64,000 nt of DNA from Formosa sp. Hel1_33_131 (GTDB taxonomy: Bacteria; Bacteroidota; Bacteroidia; Flavobacteriales; Flavobacteriaceae), in NCBI GenBank assembly GCA_949499105.1, contig CATEFX010000057.1, forward strand, positions 13,336-77,335, given 5' to 3'. The notes below the pieces were generated by a model. That model saw nothing but the letters and a program-made list of their open reading frames with translations, was not told the origin of the DNA and made no database searches. Each line of letters begins with the position of its first letter. The first letter of the stretch is position 1. The position numbers were made by a program, and so were the translations under genes. Positions 38,946 to 51,024 of this stretch are shown here, in pieces.

Positions 38946-40124
38946 TTATACACGAATTGCCTTGTTGAAATGATGAATTAAAAATAAATATCGAATCCCA
39001 ATAGCGATGAGAAGCGGAACTAATCCAATCGCAAAGGATTGAACGCCTGTGATCCAATGCAATCCCATCAGTGAAAGAAGTAAAATAAGAAATTTTAAAT
39101 AACTCAACCCACGATTATTGAGTTTCGTTTTTAATAGTGAGGGTATAAAAAACAGGTTGAGTGCACAGGCCCATAAAAGATTGTAATTATAAGCCGTTGC
39201 GGTGTGGTCGGTTGCAAACCAAAGTAATAACAAACCAACCCCAATAAGGCCAGTTATAGCAAATATACAAACGTCTAACCAGTGACTTCGCTTGTTTTTT
39301 TTGTAATCATTATAAGTGATGAGAAGTAATAGAAGCGCTAAAATTCCTAATATAAAAAGTGGACTGCTAAAGAAGTTGTTGTGTGCAATAGCATCCGAGG
39401 GGCTAAGTGTTTTTGAAGCAGAAACGACGCCTGTATTTCCTGTTTTGGTATGCGCGTTTTCGAGTAATATATACAAGTTTTTAGGTAGAAATAGATGTTC
39501 TTCGACCGTCGCAATCTGATCAATTTTTGAACCTAAGGCGATGTCAATTCCTAAACTTCCCCATGAGTTTTGATTCAAATCAGATCGAATTAAATTCCTG
39601 AAAGTTTGTGGTTCAAATGAGGTTGGAGGGGTATAAACGAGTGGGTCGTTAAGGATGGTTTCAATACCATCTATGATTTTTGTAGCACAGTTATTATAGA
39701 AAAAATCATAGGGATAGGATTGATTTTCTGGTTTAATATTTTCTGTTAAAAAAAGATAAAATGCTGTTTTTTGTTCTGTACTAAGGTTCAATTGTTGTTC
39801 CTTAATACTTCGGTTTAGATATTGATAATCTGAAAAAACAGCGTCAAATTCAGCCCTGCCAATTTGATAATCGAGTTTTCCTTGGGCAAATTTCAAATAA
39901 AAACCTTCGGTTTCAAAATCATACCGTCCATAATCAAAGACGATGTCAAAATTATAGAGCGGATCTTTGATTCTAATGGCCGTATGTCCAAAAGCATCAT
40001 TTAACGAGGCGCCAGGTCCGAAGGTAAGGATGCTTACTTCAGACTCGTGTGTGAGTTGAAGCTGTGCGCTCACGGTCATCGTGATGAGTAAAAGAAAAAG
40101 GATGGTTCGTTTTTTAATGATCAT
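38946..40124 (-). CDS. DUF4105 / lipoprotein N-acyltransferase Lnb-like protein
   Basis: Signal peptide, FGHTAIRI, YDFFYNNCAT, C-terminal TM helices. Confidence 0.75.
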   Translation of the reverse strand: MIIKKRTILFLLLITMTVSAQLQLTHESEVSILTFGPGASLNDAFGHTAIRIKDPLYNFDIVFDYGRYDFETEGFYLKFAQGKLDYQIGRAEFDAVFSDYQYLNRSIKEQQLNLSTEQKTAFYLFLTENIKPENQSYPYDFFYNNCATKIIDGIETILNDPLVYTPPTSFEPQTFRNLIRSDLNQNSWGSLGIDIALGSKIDQIATVEEHLFLPKNLYILLENAHTKTGNTGVVSASKTLSPSDAIAHNNFFSSPLFILGILALLLLLITYNDYKKNKRSHWLDVCIFAITGLIGVGLLLLWFATDHTATAYNYNLLWACALNLFFIPSLLKTKLNNRGLSYLKFLILLLSLMGLHWITGVQSFAIGLVPLLIAIGIRYLFLIHHFNKAIRV

Positions 40125-41191
40125 TATCTAAAGATGCTTAAATCAATTTTGAGAGAAAATACATTTGAATATAGGGCGGCGCTTTGATCGCCAATATCGG
40201 TGAAGGCATAGTCTAAAAAGATGCCGTTATATTTGAATCCGACGCCAAAATTTGGTTGAAATGTTAAGGATTCAGAGTTGTCAATTTGTAGTTCATTTTG
40301 AAAATTCCCTAATCCAGCTCTTAAAAACACAAGATCGGAATAGCCAAATTCCAGCCCTAATGCTGGATTAATGCTCACAAATGACGTAGAGATGAGGTCG
40401 TTATTTTGCTCAAATCGAGTGACTAAATCAAGTTCGGCTCTAAGCGTATAATCGTAATGGAAGGTGAATAGTTTTGACATCCCAAATTGTAATTTTGGAA
40501 GCGTTAATTCCGTCGTTTCTGGCGGCTCTTGATTTTGTCCCGGAATGGCATCTTGAATGTCTTTCAGACGATCGGCGTCAATGGCCCAAGCGTTAAACGT
40601 TGTGGTGATATCTCTGGCCATTAATCCAAAGTTCCAAGTATTGTATTTAAATTGAATACCCACATCTAAACCAAATCCCCATGAAGACGCAAAATCGCCT
40701 ATAATTCGTCTAATTATTTTGGCATTAATGCCATAATTCAAACCTTTTAAGGGGAGTTTTCGCGCAAAAGAAAAGGTAAGTCCGTAATCTGCAGCCGAAA
40801 ATAAATTAATCCGATCATAATTGATCACGCCTTGCTGGTCGATGAGTTTGGTCGTGTCCAGAATATCATCAACTCCAAAGCGAATTAATGAAACCCCAAT
40901 GGCGCTTTGATCGTCTAAGGGCATGGCAAAAGCCATGTAGTTGTAGTTGGCAATGTTTGCAAAATAACTGGAATGCATAAAGGCAATTTGGTTATCATCT
41001 AAATGTACTAAACCTGCTGGGTTCCAATATCCCGAATTAACGTCTGCAGTAGAAGCGACCACGGCATTGCTCATTCCCAATGCAGAAGCATCAACCCCAA
41101 TATTCATAAATTCATTCGAATATTTACGAGAGGTTTGAGACACTAAAAATAAGGGTGTCAAAATCGTTAAGACTAGTTTTAATGCTTGCAA
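40124..41191 (-). CDS. PorV/PorQ family outer-membrane beta-barrel (T9SS-associated)
   Basis: FMNIGVDASALGM, YWNPAGL, alternating beta-strands, DYAF. Confidence 0.8.
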   Translation of the reverse strand: MQALKLVLTILTPLFLVSQTSRKYSNEFMNIGVDASALGMSNAVVASTADVNSGYWNPAGLVHLDDNQIAFMHSSYFANIANYNYMAFAMPLDDQSAIGVSLIRFGVDDILDTTKLIDQQGVINYDRINLFSAADYGLTFSFARKLPLKGLNYGINAKIIRRIIGDFASSWGFGLDVGIQFKYNTWNFGLMARDITTTFNAWAIDADRLKDIQDAIPGQNQEPPETTELTLPKLQFGMSKLFTFHYDYTLRAELDLVTRFEQNNDLISTSFVSINPALGLEFGYSDLVFLRAGLGNFQNELQIDNSESLTFQPNFGVGFKYNGIFLDYAFTDIGDQSAALYSNVFSLKIDLSIFR

Positions 41192-41312
41192 GGGCTTTTT
41201 TTTAATGAACTAAATAAACACTAATATAAACTCCGATTTTTTTTAGATATTGTTGTTTATTTACCAAAAACAAAAATAGTTTATTATTTTTACTAATTAA
41301 TTACAATTTCTT

Positions 41313-42005
41313 GTGAAAGCACATATTCCTAACTTTATAACATTATTAAATTTATTCTCGGGGTCCATTGCCGTCATTTATGCTATAGAAGGCCATATGA
41401 AATTAACGGCTTTGTTTTTATGCTTGGGTATTTTCTTTGATTTTTTTGATGGCCTTTTGGCACGCAAATTAAAGGTTCAAAGTGAGCTCGGTGTTCAATT
41501 AGATTCCTTGGCTGATATGGTGACCAGTGGTTTAGTCCCCGGTTTGGTCCTTTTTCATTTATTAGGATTAGCGCCCCAACCTTCTTGGGAAACACACAGT
41601 TTACTCCCTTATTTTGGGTTATTAGTCACCTTGGCGTCCGCCTATCGCTTAGCGAAATTTAATATTTCTGAAAACCAGTCTGACGCTTTTATTGGATTGC
41701 CAACACCCGCCAATGCGCTCTTAATTATTGCGTTGCCATTAATTTTAGACTTTCAAAATAGTGATGCTATAAATGCCATCATTTTAAATCCTTGGTTTTT
41801 AATTGGCGTGACCATTTTGAGTTGTTTTTTGTTAAATGCACCCATTAAATTGATCGCATTAAAATTTAAAACATGGAATTTTAAAGACAATGCTTCGCGC
41901 TATATTTTGATTCTTTTATCGCTGGTCCTATTAACAGTATTTCAATTTGCTGGGATTCCACTTGTGATTATCAGCTACATCATTTTGTCTATAATGTCAA
42001 AATAA
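41313..42005 (+). CDS. pssA: CDP-alcohol phosphatidyltransferase (phosphatidylserine synthase-like)
   Basis: IPNFITLLN, DFFDGLLAR..G.QLDSLAD, RLAKFN, FIGLPTP. Confidence 0.85.
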   Translation: MKAHIPNFITLLNLFSGSIAVIYAIEGHMKLTALFLCLGIFFDFFDGLLARKLKVQSELGVQLDSLADMVTSGLVPGLVLFHLLGLAPQPSWETHSLLPYFGLLVTLASAYRLAKFNISENQSDAFIGLPTPANALLIIALPLILDFQNSDAINAIILNPWFLIGVTILSCFLLNAPIKLIALKFKTWNFKDNASRYILILLSLVLLTVFQFAGIPLVIISYIILSIMSK

Positions 42006-42023
42006 TTTATAAACCACTAATTT

Positions 42024-42905
42024 ATGGCTTCAGGCTTTTTTGCACTTCTTGATGATATTTCGGTTCTTATGGACGATGTCCTCACGATGAGTAAAGTATC
42101 CGCCAAAAAAACAGCTGGGATTCTCGGCGATGATTTAGCAGTGAGTGCAGAAAAAGCATCTGGCTTTGTGTCTTCTAGAGAATTACCCGTATTATGGGCC
42201 ATTACTAAAGGCTCTTTTTTAAATAAACTCATCATTTTACCCTTTGCATTTTTACTCAGTGCCTTTTTACCTTCAGCAGTCACAGTAATTTTAATTTTTG
42301 GTGGGATTTATTTATCGTTTGAAGGAGCTGAAACGATTTTCGAATTTGTCTTTCCTCATAAACCGAAAGGCACTAAAGCCACTGCTAAAACACTGTCAAA
42401 ATCTGCTGTTTTACGACTAGAAAAAAATAAAATAAAATCCGCCATTTTAACGGATTTCATCTTATCTGTTGAGATCATTATCATTGCGCTTGGGACGGTT
42501 GTAAACGAGACTATTGGGGTTCAAATAGGAGTTGTTAGCATTATTGCAACGATAGCAACTGCAGGGGTTTATGGGCTTGTGGCACTGATTATTCGCATGG
42601 ACGATTTAGGTTTTAAATTGATCCGAATGAGTGATGGTCAAAAAAATAGTTTCCATTTTATGGGGGTCGGATTGGTCAATGCCTTGCCAGTGGTCATTAA
42701 AACATTATCAGTGGTTGGTACCATAGCACTTTTACTGGTTTCAGGTGGCATATTCGTTCATAATATAGACTTCTTTCATCCCCTTTTAGAAGGCTTGCCG
42801 GGGATGTTAAGAGAGTTGATTTTTGGCTTAAGTATAGGGCTTATAGCCTTTTTTGTTGTGAGTCAATTTAAGCTAATTTTAAAATTCTTTTTTAAAAAGT
42901 CCTAA
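42024..42905 (+). CDS. DUF808 (YedI) inner membrane protein
   Basis: MASGFFALLDDI, KKTAGILGDDLA, RELPVLWAITKGS, TDFILSVEI. Confidence 0.9.
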   Translation: MASGFFALLDDISVLMDDVLTMSKVSAKKTAGILGDDLAVSAEKASGFVSSRELPVLWAITKGSFLNKLIILPFAFLLSAFLPSAVTVILIFGGIYLSFEGAETIFEFVFPHKPKGTKATAKTLSKSAVLRLEKNKIKSAILTDFILSVEIIIIALGTVVNETIGVQIGVVSIIATIATAGVYGLVALIIRMDDLGFKLIRMSDGQKNSFHFMGVGLVNALPVVIKTLSVVGTIALLLVSGGIFVHNIDFFHPLLEGLPGMLRELIFGLSIGLIAFFVVSQFKLILKFFFKKS

Positions 42906-42909
42906 AGAT

Positions 42910-43650
42910 TTAAAATTCTAACTTTTTCTTCCGCAATTCGAAGTTTTGTCCGAGATATACTTTACGGACCATTTCATCACTAGCCAATACTTCTGGTTTT
43001 CCTGCCTTTAGAATACTTCCTTCAAACATTAAATAGGTGCGATCGGTAATCGCTAATGTTTCTTGAACATTATGATCGGTGATTAGGATGCCTATATTTT
43101 TTTTAGTCAGTTTGGCAATAATTCGTTGAATATCTTCAACCGCTACAGGGTCAACGCCTGCAAAAGGTTCATCAAGTAATATAAAACTAGGGTCGGTTGC
43201 GAGAGCACGTGCAATTTCGGTACGTCTGCGCTCACCTCCAGATAACAAATCGCCTCTGTTGGTTCGGATGTGTCCAAGGCTAAATTCATCAATTAAAGAT
43301 TCCATTTTATCAACTTGTTCTTTTTTAGAGAGTTTTGTCATTTGAAGAACACTCAAAATATTGTCTTCGATGCTTAATTTTCGGAATACAGAGGCCTCTT
43401 GAGCCAGGTAGCCGATTCCACTTTGCGCTCTTTTGTACATCGGGTACGATGTGATTTCTTTGTCATCCAAAAAGATCGAGCCACCATTGGGTTTGATTAA
43501 ACCAACCGTCATATAAAATGAGGTTGTTTTTCCTGCCCCATTGGGACCAAGCAATCCAACAATCTCGCCTTGATTAACTTCAAGAGAGACATCTTTTACA
43601 ACTTTTCGTCCATTGTAGGACTTCATTAAATTTTGAACTCTTAATTTCAT
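42910..43650 (-). CDS. lptB: LPS export ABC transporter ATP-binding protein
   Basis: [51 protein letters not shown]. Confidence 0.96.
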   Translation of the reverse strand: MKLRVQNLMKSYNGRKVVKDVSLEVNQGEIVGLLGPNGAGKTTSFYMTVGLIKPNGGSIFLDDKEITSYPMYKRAQSGIGYLAQEASVFRKLSIEDNILSVLQMTKLSKKEQVDKMESLIDEFSLGHIRTNRGDLLSGGERRRTEIARALATDPSFILLDEPFAGVDPVAVEDIQRIIAKLTKKNIGILITDHNVQETLAITDRTYLMFEGSILKAGKPEVLASDEMVRKVYLGQNFELRKKKLEF

Positions 43651-43729
43651 TGGTTTGTTTAAAGAATTTTAAAAATAGTAAAATGAAATTTACTAAACAT
43701 CAATGCTCTGTACTTTATATTAAATTTAA

Positions 43730-44071
43730 CTAGGCTTCCAAGATATCTAGGTATTCGTAAGCCCGTCTCAAATGTGGGATGACAATCGTCCCACCGACTA
43801 GAGTGGCAATACTAAGCGCCTCCGAAATTTGTATTCTACTTAAGCCTTCTTCATGGCATTTTTCTAGGTGATAGCGTACACAATCGTCGCATCGTAATAC
43901 GGCGGAAGCGACTAAGCCCAATAATTCCTTGGTCTCCGTATTTAAAGCCCCTTCTTGAAATGCATTGGTGTCTAAATTAAAAATACGCTTGATGACGGTA
44001 TTGTTTTCTGCAAGAATTTTAGAGTTCATTTTCTTGCGATACGCATTAAATTCTTCTACTTCATTCGCCAT
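43730..44071 (-). CDS. Carboxymuconolactone decarboxylase / AhpD family protein
   Basis: KELLGLVASAVLRCDDCVRYH; likely start MANEV at 44071. Confidence 0.85.
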   Translation of the reverse strand: MANEVEEFNAYRKKMNSKILAENNTVIKRIFNLDTNAFQEGALNTETKELLGLVASAVLRCDDCVRYHLEKCHEEGLSRIQISEALSIATLVGGTIVIPHLRRAYEYLDILEA

Positions 44072-44876
44072 TTTTTTCTTTTCTTTTTTGATTTCGTAAA
44101 ACAAGTTTTGATATGAGGATACTGACTTGGTATAATATTAAGACAGGGATGGCGACGATAATCTGACTCGCAATGTCTGGTGGGGTGATAATGGCTGCAA
44201 AAACTAATACGATTATTAAGGCATATTTTCTGTTTTTGCGTAGGAATTCTGGAGTTACTAATCCTATTTTGGTTAAGAAATAGATGATAATCGGTAATTC
44301 AAAAATAAATCCAGAGGCTAGTGTAGAGGCTCGAATCAGTCCTATGTATGAGTTTAAATCAAAATCGTTGTGAACTTGATCGGCTACAGAATAGGTTCCT
44401 AAAAAGTTAATAGATAACGGACAAACAATATAATACCCAAATAAGACCCCGATAAAAAATAAGATAGAAGAGATGAAAATAAAACCTCTAGAGCTATTTT
44501 TTTCTTTGGAGTAGAGTCCCGGACTAATAAATTTCCAGAATTCATAGAGAACGTAAGGAAAGGCAATGATCAATCCAAATGTGATGGAAGTCCAAATATG
44601 TGCTGAAAACTGTCCAGCCATGGTTCTACTTTGAACTTCAAAATCAAAATTAGTGTCACAAAAACTCTCAAACCCTAATAACTTAGAAGCATTACAAAGA
44701 AATTCATAGGTAAAAAAATCGGATTTAGTTGGACCAAAAATCAGGACATCAAACAAAAAGCCTTTCGCCAAAAATGCTGCAGTCGCTGCAATCATTACAG
44801 CGCCTAAAGCTCTTATGATGTGCCATCTCAATTCTTCGAGATGGTCTAAAAATGACATTTCTTTTTGGTGTCCCAT
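44061..44876 (-). CDS. tatC: Twin-arginine translocase subunit TatC
   Basis: MSFLDHLEELR, WKFISPGLY, FELP, AIITPPD. Confidence 0.96.
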   Translation of the reverse strand: MGHQKEMSFLDHLEELRWHIIRALGAVMIAATAAFLAKGFLFDVLIFGPTKSDFFTYEFLCNASKLLGFESFCDTNFDFEVQSRTMAGQFSAHIWTSITFGLIIAFPYVLYEFWKFISPGLYSKEKNSSRGFIFISSILFFIGVLFGYYIVCPLSINFLGTYSVADQVHNDFDLNSYIGLIRASTLASGFIFELPIIIYFLTKIGLVTPEFLRKNRKYALIIVLVFAAIITPPDIASQIIVAIPVLILYQVSILISKLVLRNQKRKEKNGE

Positions 44877-44878
44877 AA

Positions 44879-45844
44879 CTAGATGATTCCTTCTTTAATT
44901 AGGTCATGAATATGGATAACACCTGCATAACGGCCATGATCTTCTACAATGAGTTGTGAAATTTCATTTTTATCCATGATCTCCATTGCTTCGATAGCCA
45001 TGGCATTGATTGTAATAGATTTTGGGTTTTTACTCATAATATCTTCAGCGCTCAGTTGTGAAAAATCTTCGGTCTCGGCGAGCATTCGTCTTAAATCACC
45101 ATCGGTAATAATACCAACGATTTTTTCGTCTTTTGTGACGGCAGTCACGCCTAAACGTTTTTCTGAAATTTCTATAATAACTTTTTTGATGCTTGCGTCT
45201 GGACTGACTTCGGGTTTTTCGGTCAGTGCTAAAATGTCACGGACTCTCAAAAACAATTTTTTTCCTAAAGCGCCGCCAGGATGGTATTTGGCAAAGTCGT
45301 CACTAGAAAATCCTCTTAGCTCTAATAAACAAACTGCTAATGCATCTCCAATAACTAATTGAGCAGTTGTACTAGTCGTCGGAGCTAAGTTATTGGGACA
45401 CGCTTCTTTTTCAACATAGGAATTAAAAACATAATCCGATTGTTCGGCCAACATTGACTTCATATTTCCTGTAATCGCTATCAAGGCATTTCCTGAGTTT
45501 TTCAACAACGGAATTAAAACTTTTATTTCTGGTGTATTCCCACTTTTGGAAATACAAATGACGATATCGTCTTTAAGAATGAGGCCTAAATCGCCATGAA
45601 TGGCGTCTGCGGCATGCATAAAAACAGAAGGCGTGCCTGTAGAATTTAAAGTTGCTACAATTTTATTGGCAATAATGGCACTTTTTCCAATGCCCGTAAT
45701 AATCACACGGCCATTAGAATTTAATATTAATTCTACAGCTTCAGCAAAGGTGTCATCAATAAACTCCGCAAGTTGAGAAATTGCGAGGCTTTCAATGGCG
45801 ATCGTTTTTTTGGCTAGGGATACTATAGATTTTTTAGAACTCAA
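44879..45844 (-). CDS. kdsD: KpsF/GutQ arabinose-5-phosphate isomerase (SIS + CBS)
   Basis: GIGKSA, STGTPS, HGDLG, SKSGNT, EACPNNLAPTTSTT, HPGGALG. Confidence 0.92.
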   Translation of the reverse strand: MSSKKSIVSLAKKTIAIESLAISQLAEFIDDTFAEAVELILNSNGRVIITGIGKSAIIANKIVATLNSTGTPSVFMHAADAIHGDLGLILKDDIVICISKSGNTPEIKVLIPLLKNSGNALIAITGNMKSMLAEQSDYVFNSYVEKEACPNNLAPTTSTTAQLVIGDALAVCLLELRGFSSDDFAKYHPGGALGKKLFLRVRDILALTEKPEVSPDASIKKVIIEISEKRLGVTAVTKDEKIVGIITDGDLRRMLAETEDFSQLSAEDIMSKNPKSITINAMAIEAMEIMDKNEISQLIVEDHGRYAGVIHIHDLIKEGII

Positions 45845-45998
45845 TTTTTTTATCTTTTGGTTGTGTAATTATTTAAATATATCTACCTTTAATTAACATT
45901 ACAAAAAAACAAAAAAAATAGGAGTGTTCCCGAATTTATTCCGATTTTGATTGAATTAACCACTTTTTTTTTAATTAAGACAAGAAATTTACCATAGA

Positions 45999-48191
45999 AT
46001 GAGTATTTCGACTAAACAATTACATACTGCACTAAAGACCTTTTTTGGTTTTGATAAATTTAAAGGGCTTCAGGAACAAGTCATTGTTAGTATTTTAGAA
46101 CAGCGGAATACATTCGCTATTATGCCAACAGGCGGAGGGAAATCCCTTTGTTATCAATTGCCTGCTTTAATGCAGGACGGGACAGCGATTGTGGTGTCTC
46201 CTTTAATCGCACTTATGAAAAATCAAGTGGATGCTATTAGAGGTATTTCGAGTCAACAAGGAATCGCTCATGTATTAAATTCTTCTTTAAATAAAACTGA
46301 AATAAAACAAGTAAAATCAGATATAGAATCTGGAATTACGAAACTTTTATACGTCGCTCCAGAGTCGCTTTCAAAAGCAGAAAATATTGAGTTTTTAAAA
46401 GCTCAGACCATTTCATTTATGGCGGTCGATGAGGCCCACTGTATTAGTGAATGGGGACATGATTTTAGACCAGAATATAGAAATTTAAAGCATATTATCA
46501 CCCAAATAGGGGATAACATCCCTATTATAGGACTAACCGCCACAGCGACTCCAAAGGTGCAAGAAGATATTTTAAAAAACTTAGGAACCACAGATTCCCA
46601 AACATTTAAAGCATCTTTTAATCGTCCGAATTTATTTTATGAGATTCTTCCCAAAACGGAACAGGTTGATAATGATATCATTCGATTTGTGAAGCAAAAT
46701 GAAGGAAAATCGGGTATTATTTATTGCCTTAGTAGAAAACGCGTGGAAGGATTGTCTCAAATTCTACAAGTGAACGGCATTAAAGCCGTACCGTACCATG
46801 CGGGTTTAGATGCCAAAACACGTTCTAAACATCAAGATATGTTTTTGATGGAAGATACGGATGTTGTCGTCGCTACGATTGCTTTTGGTATGGGCATCGA
46901 TAAACCAGACGTTCGTTTTGTGATTCATCACGATATTCCAAAAAGTATCGAAAGTTACTACCAGGAAACCGGACGTGCAGGTCGCGACGGTGGTGAAGGT
47001 CACTGTTTGGCATATTACGCTTATAAAGATATTGAAAAGCTCGAGAAATTCATGTCAGGAAAACCTGTTGCTGAACAAGAAATAGGCTTTGCTCTACTAC
47101 AGGAAGTTGTCGCAATGGCTGAAACCTCCATGTCGCGTCGGAAATTTATTTTACATTATTTTGGGGAAGCATTTGATACAGAAACAGGCGATGGTGGACA
47201 CATGGACGATAACGTTCGTAACCCTAAGCCTCAGGCAGAGGCTAAAGATCAAGTAAAATTATTACTTGAAATAGTCTCTCATACTCACGAAAAATATAAA
47301 AGTAAAGATTTAGTAAATGTCATTACGGGTCAAGAAAATGCTCTTATAAAATCCCATCGTACAGATGAGAAGCCGTTTTTCGGGAATGGCAGTGGTCATG
47401 ATTCATTATATTGGATGGCACTGATTAGACAAGTGTTGGTTGCTGGATTTCTAAGAAAAGATATCGAAACTTATGGTGTTTTAAAGTTAACGACCAATGG
47501 GCGTCAATACTTAGAATCTCCGATATCTTTTTTAATGACAGAAGACCATACATATAATTTACAAACTTCAAATCGAAACTATAACACGTCCACGGAAGTT
47601 GTTGATGTCGCTTTGATGGGGATGCTAAAAAGTCTCCGAAAATCCAATGCCAAAAAACTAGGCGTTCCTCCTTTTGTAATTTTTCAAGATCCATCCTTAG
47701 AGGATATGGCACTTAAATATCCAATTACAATTGAAGAACTTTATAATATACATGGGGTTGGAGAAGGAAAAGCAAAACGGTATGGGAAAGATTTTGTGGC
47801 GCTTATAAAACGTTATGTCGATGAAAATGAGATTGATCGCATGGAGGATTTAATCATAAAATCGACGGGATCTAATTCATCGTTAAAACTATATATCATT
47901 CAAAACATTGATAGAAAGCTTCCTTTTGATGATATTTCTTCAGCAAAAGGGATGAATATGGACGAATTTATTCGAGAATTAGAGGCGATTGTGTTTTCGG
48001 GTACAAAATTAAACATCAATTATTGGATCGATGAAATCCTTGATGAGGACCAGCAAGACGAACTTCACGACTATTTCATGGAATCTGAAACAGACGAAAT
48101 TGAAGCTGCTGTCGAAGAATTTGATGGCGATTATGAAGATCAAGATTTACGACTCTATCGTCTTAAGTTTATTAGTGAAGTTGCTAATTAA
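45999..48191 (+). CDS. recQ: ATP-dependent DNA helicase RecQ
   Basis: MPTGGGKSLCYQLP, DEAHCISEWGHDFRP, YYQETGRAGRDG, RQC and HRDC domains. Confidence 0.96.
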   Translation: MSISTKQLHTALKTFFGFDKFKGLQEQVIVSILEQRNTFAIMPTGGGKSLCYQLPALMQDGTAIVVSPLIALMKNQVDAIRGISSQQGIAHVLNSSLNKTEIKQVKSDIESGITKLLYVAPESLSKAENIEFLKAQTISFMAVDEAHCISEWGHDFRPEYRNLKHIITQIGDNIPIIGLTATATPKVQEDILKNLGTTDSQTFKASFNRPNLFYEILPKTEQVDNDIIRFVKQNEGKSGIIYCLSRKRVEGLSQILQVNGIKAVPYHAGLDAKTRSKHQDMFLMEDTDVVVATIAFGMGIDKPDVRFVIHHDIPKSIESYYQETGRAGRDGGEGHCLAYYAYKDIEKLEKFMSGKPVAEQEIGFALLQEVVAMAETSMSRRKFILHYFGEAFDTETGDGGHMDDNVRNPKPQAEAKDQVKLLLEIVSHTHEKYKSKDLVNVITGQENALIKSHRTDEKPFFGNGSGHDSLYWMALIRQVLVAGFLRKDIETYGVLKLTTNGRQYLESPISFLMTEDHTYNLQTSNRNYNTSTEVVDVALMGMLKSLRKSNAKKLGVPPFVIFQDPSLEDMALKYPITIEELYNIHGVGEGKAKRYGKDFVALIKRYVDENEIDRMEDLIIKSTGSNSSLKLYIIQNIDRKLPFDDISSAKGMNMDEFIRELEAIVFSGTKLNINYWIDEILDEDQQDELHDYFMESETDEIEAAVEEFDGDYEDQDLRLYRLKFISEVAN

Positions 48192-48278
48192 AAAATTTTT
48201 CACAAAACCATTCTGGAAACTTTTTAGTTTATAATTCCTCCGTATCTTTGCAGCTCTTAAAAAAATAAAATCAAACGC

Positions 48279-49211
48279 ATGAAAGACGGTTTATACGCAA
48301 AATTCTCGACCACTAAAGGAGAGATCTTAGTAAATTTAGAATACCAAAAAACGCCGGGAACAGTAGGTAATTTTGTTGCTTTGGCAGAGGGAAACTTAGA
48401 AAATTCTGTAAAAAGTCAAGGTGAGCCTTATTATAATGGCTTAAAATTTCACAGAGTCATCCCTGATTTCATGATTCAAGGTGGCTGTCCTCTTGGTACA
48501 GGAACTGGAAATCCAGGATATAAATTTGCAGATGAATTTCATCCCGATTTAAAACATGATACGCCAGGCGTACTATCAATGGCCAATGCCGGTCCGGGTA
48601 CCAATGGGAGTCAATTTTTTATTACTCATATTCCAACCGATTGGTTAGATGGAAAACACACTGTTTTTGGGAAAGTTATTGAAGGTCAATCGATTGTGGA
48701 CACGATTAGTCAAGGCGATGTTTTAGAAACCTTGGAAATTATAGCCGTAGGGACCGAGGCAGAAGCATTTCAAGCTGTTGAAGCTTTTAGAACTTTTGAA
48801 GGTTCAAGAGAAAAAGGTTTAGCTGAAGCAAAAGCTGTTATTGAGGCCGAGTTAGATATACTCGCGACTGGTTTTGAAAAAACAGAGAGTGGACTTCGTT
48901 ACCAAATCCTTCAAAAGGGGAGTGGAGCACAAGCTGTAAAAGGCGCAACCGTTTCCGTACATTATAAAGGACAACTAGCCGATGGGACTGTATTTGATTC
49001 TTCTTACAAACGGAAAGAACCGATTGAGTTTGCTCTTGGAACAGGTCAGGTAATCGCAGGCTGGGATGAAGGGGTCGCTCTTTTAAGTGTCGGAGACAAA
49101 GCACGATTTGTAATTCCAAGTCATTTAGGGTATGGAGCACAAGGCGCTGGAGGCGTCATTCCTCCAAATGCTAATTTAATATTTGATGTTGAATTAGTAG
49201 ATATAAAATAA
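48279..49211 (+). CDS. Peptidyl-prolyl isomerase, cyclophilin-FKBP fusion
   Basis: [30 protein letters not shown]; [19 protein letters not shown]; TATCTTTG promoter motif at 48244-48251. Confidence 0.95.
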   Translation: MKDGLYAKFSTTKGEILVNLEYQKTPGTVGNFVALAEGNLENSVKSQGEPYYNGLKFHRVIPDFMIQGGCPLGTGTGNPGYKFADEFHPDLKHDTPGVLSMANAGPGTNGSQFFITHIPTDWLDGKHTVFGKVIEGQSIVDTISQGDVLETLEIIAVGTEAEAFQAVEAFRTFEGSREKGLAEAKAVIEAELDILATGFEKTESGLRYQILQKGSGAQAVKGATVSVHYKGQLADGTVFDSSYKRKEPIEFALGTGQVIAGWDEGVALLSVGDKARFVIPSHLGYGAQGAGGVIPPNANLIFDVELVDIK

Positions 49212-49228
49212 TACAATTAGGATCACAT

Positions 49229-49258
49229 AAAAAAAGCACCTTGAGGGTGCTTTTTTTA
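49229..49258. terminator. Intrinsic terminator
   Basis: aaaaaagcacc-ttgag-ggtgctttttt. Confidence 0.88.
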
Positions 49259-49337
49259 TTTTATAGCAACTGTTTATAAACAACTTCCAATTATACTTCA
49301 AGTTTCATAACTTATTCGTAAATTTGTTCGCGTTTAA

Positions 49338-50966
<1,629 letters not shown>

Positions 50967-51024
50967 TACGATTTGATTTGATACAACACTATCCAGAGTT
51001 GTTATCAGTTAAAATAGAAAAGAT

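Noticed and set aside
48279-49211. Cyclophilin-FKBP fusion as a novelty
   Set aside because: Dual-family PPIases are already known from Flavobacteria.
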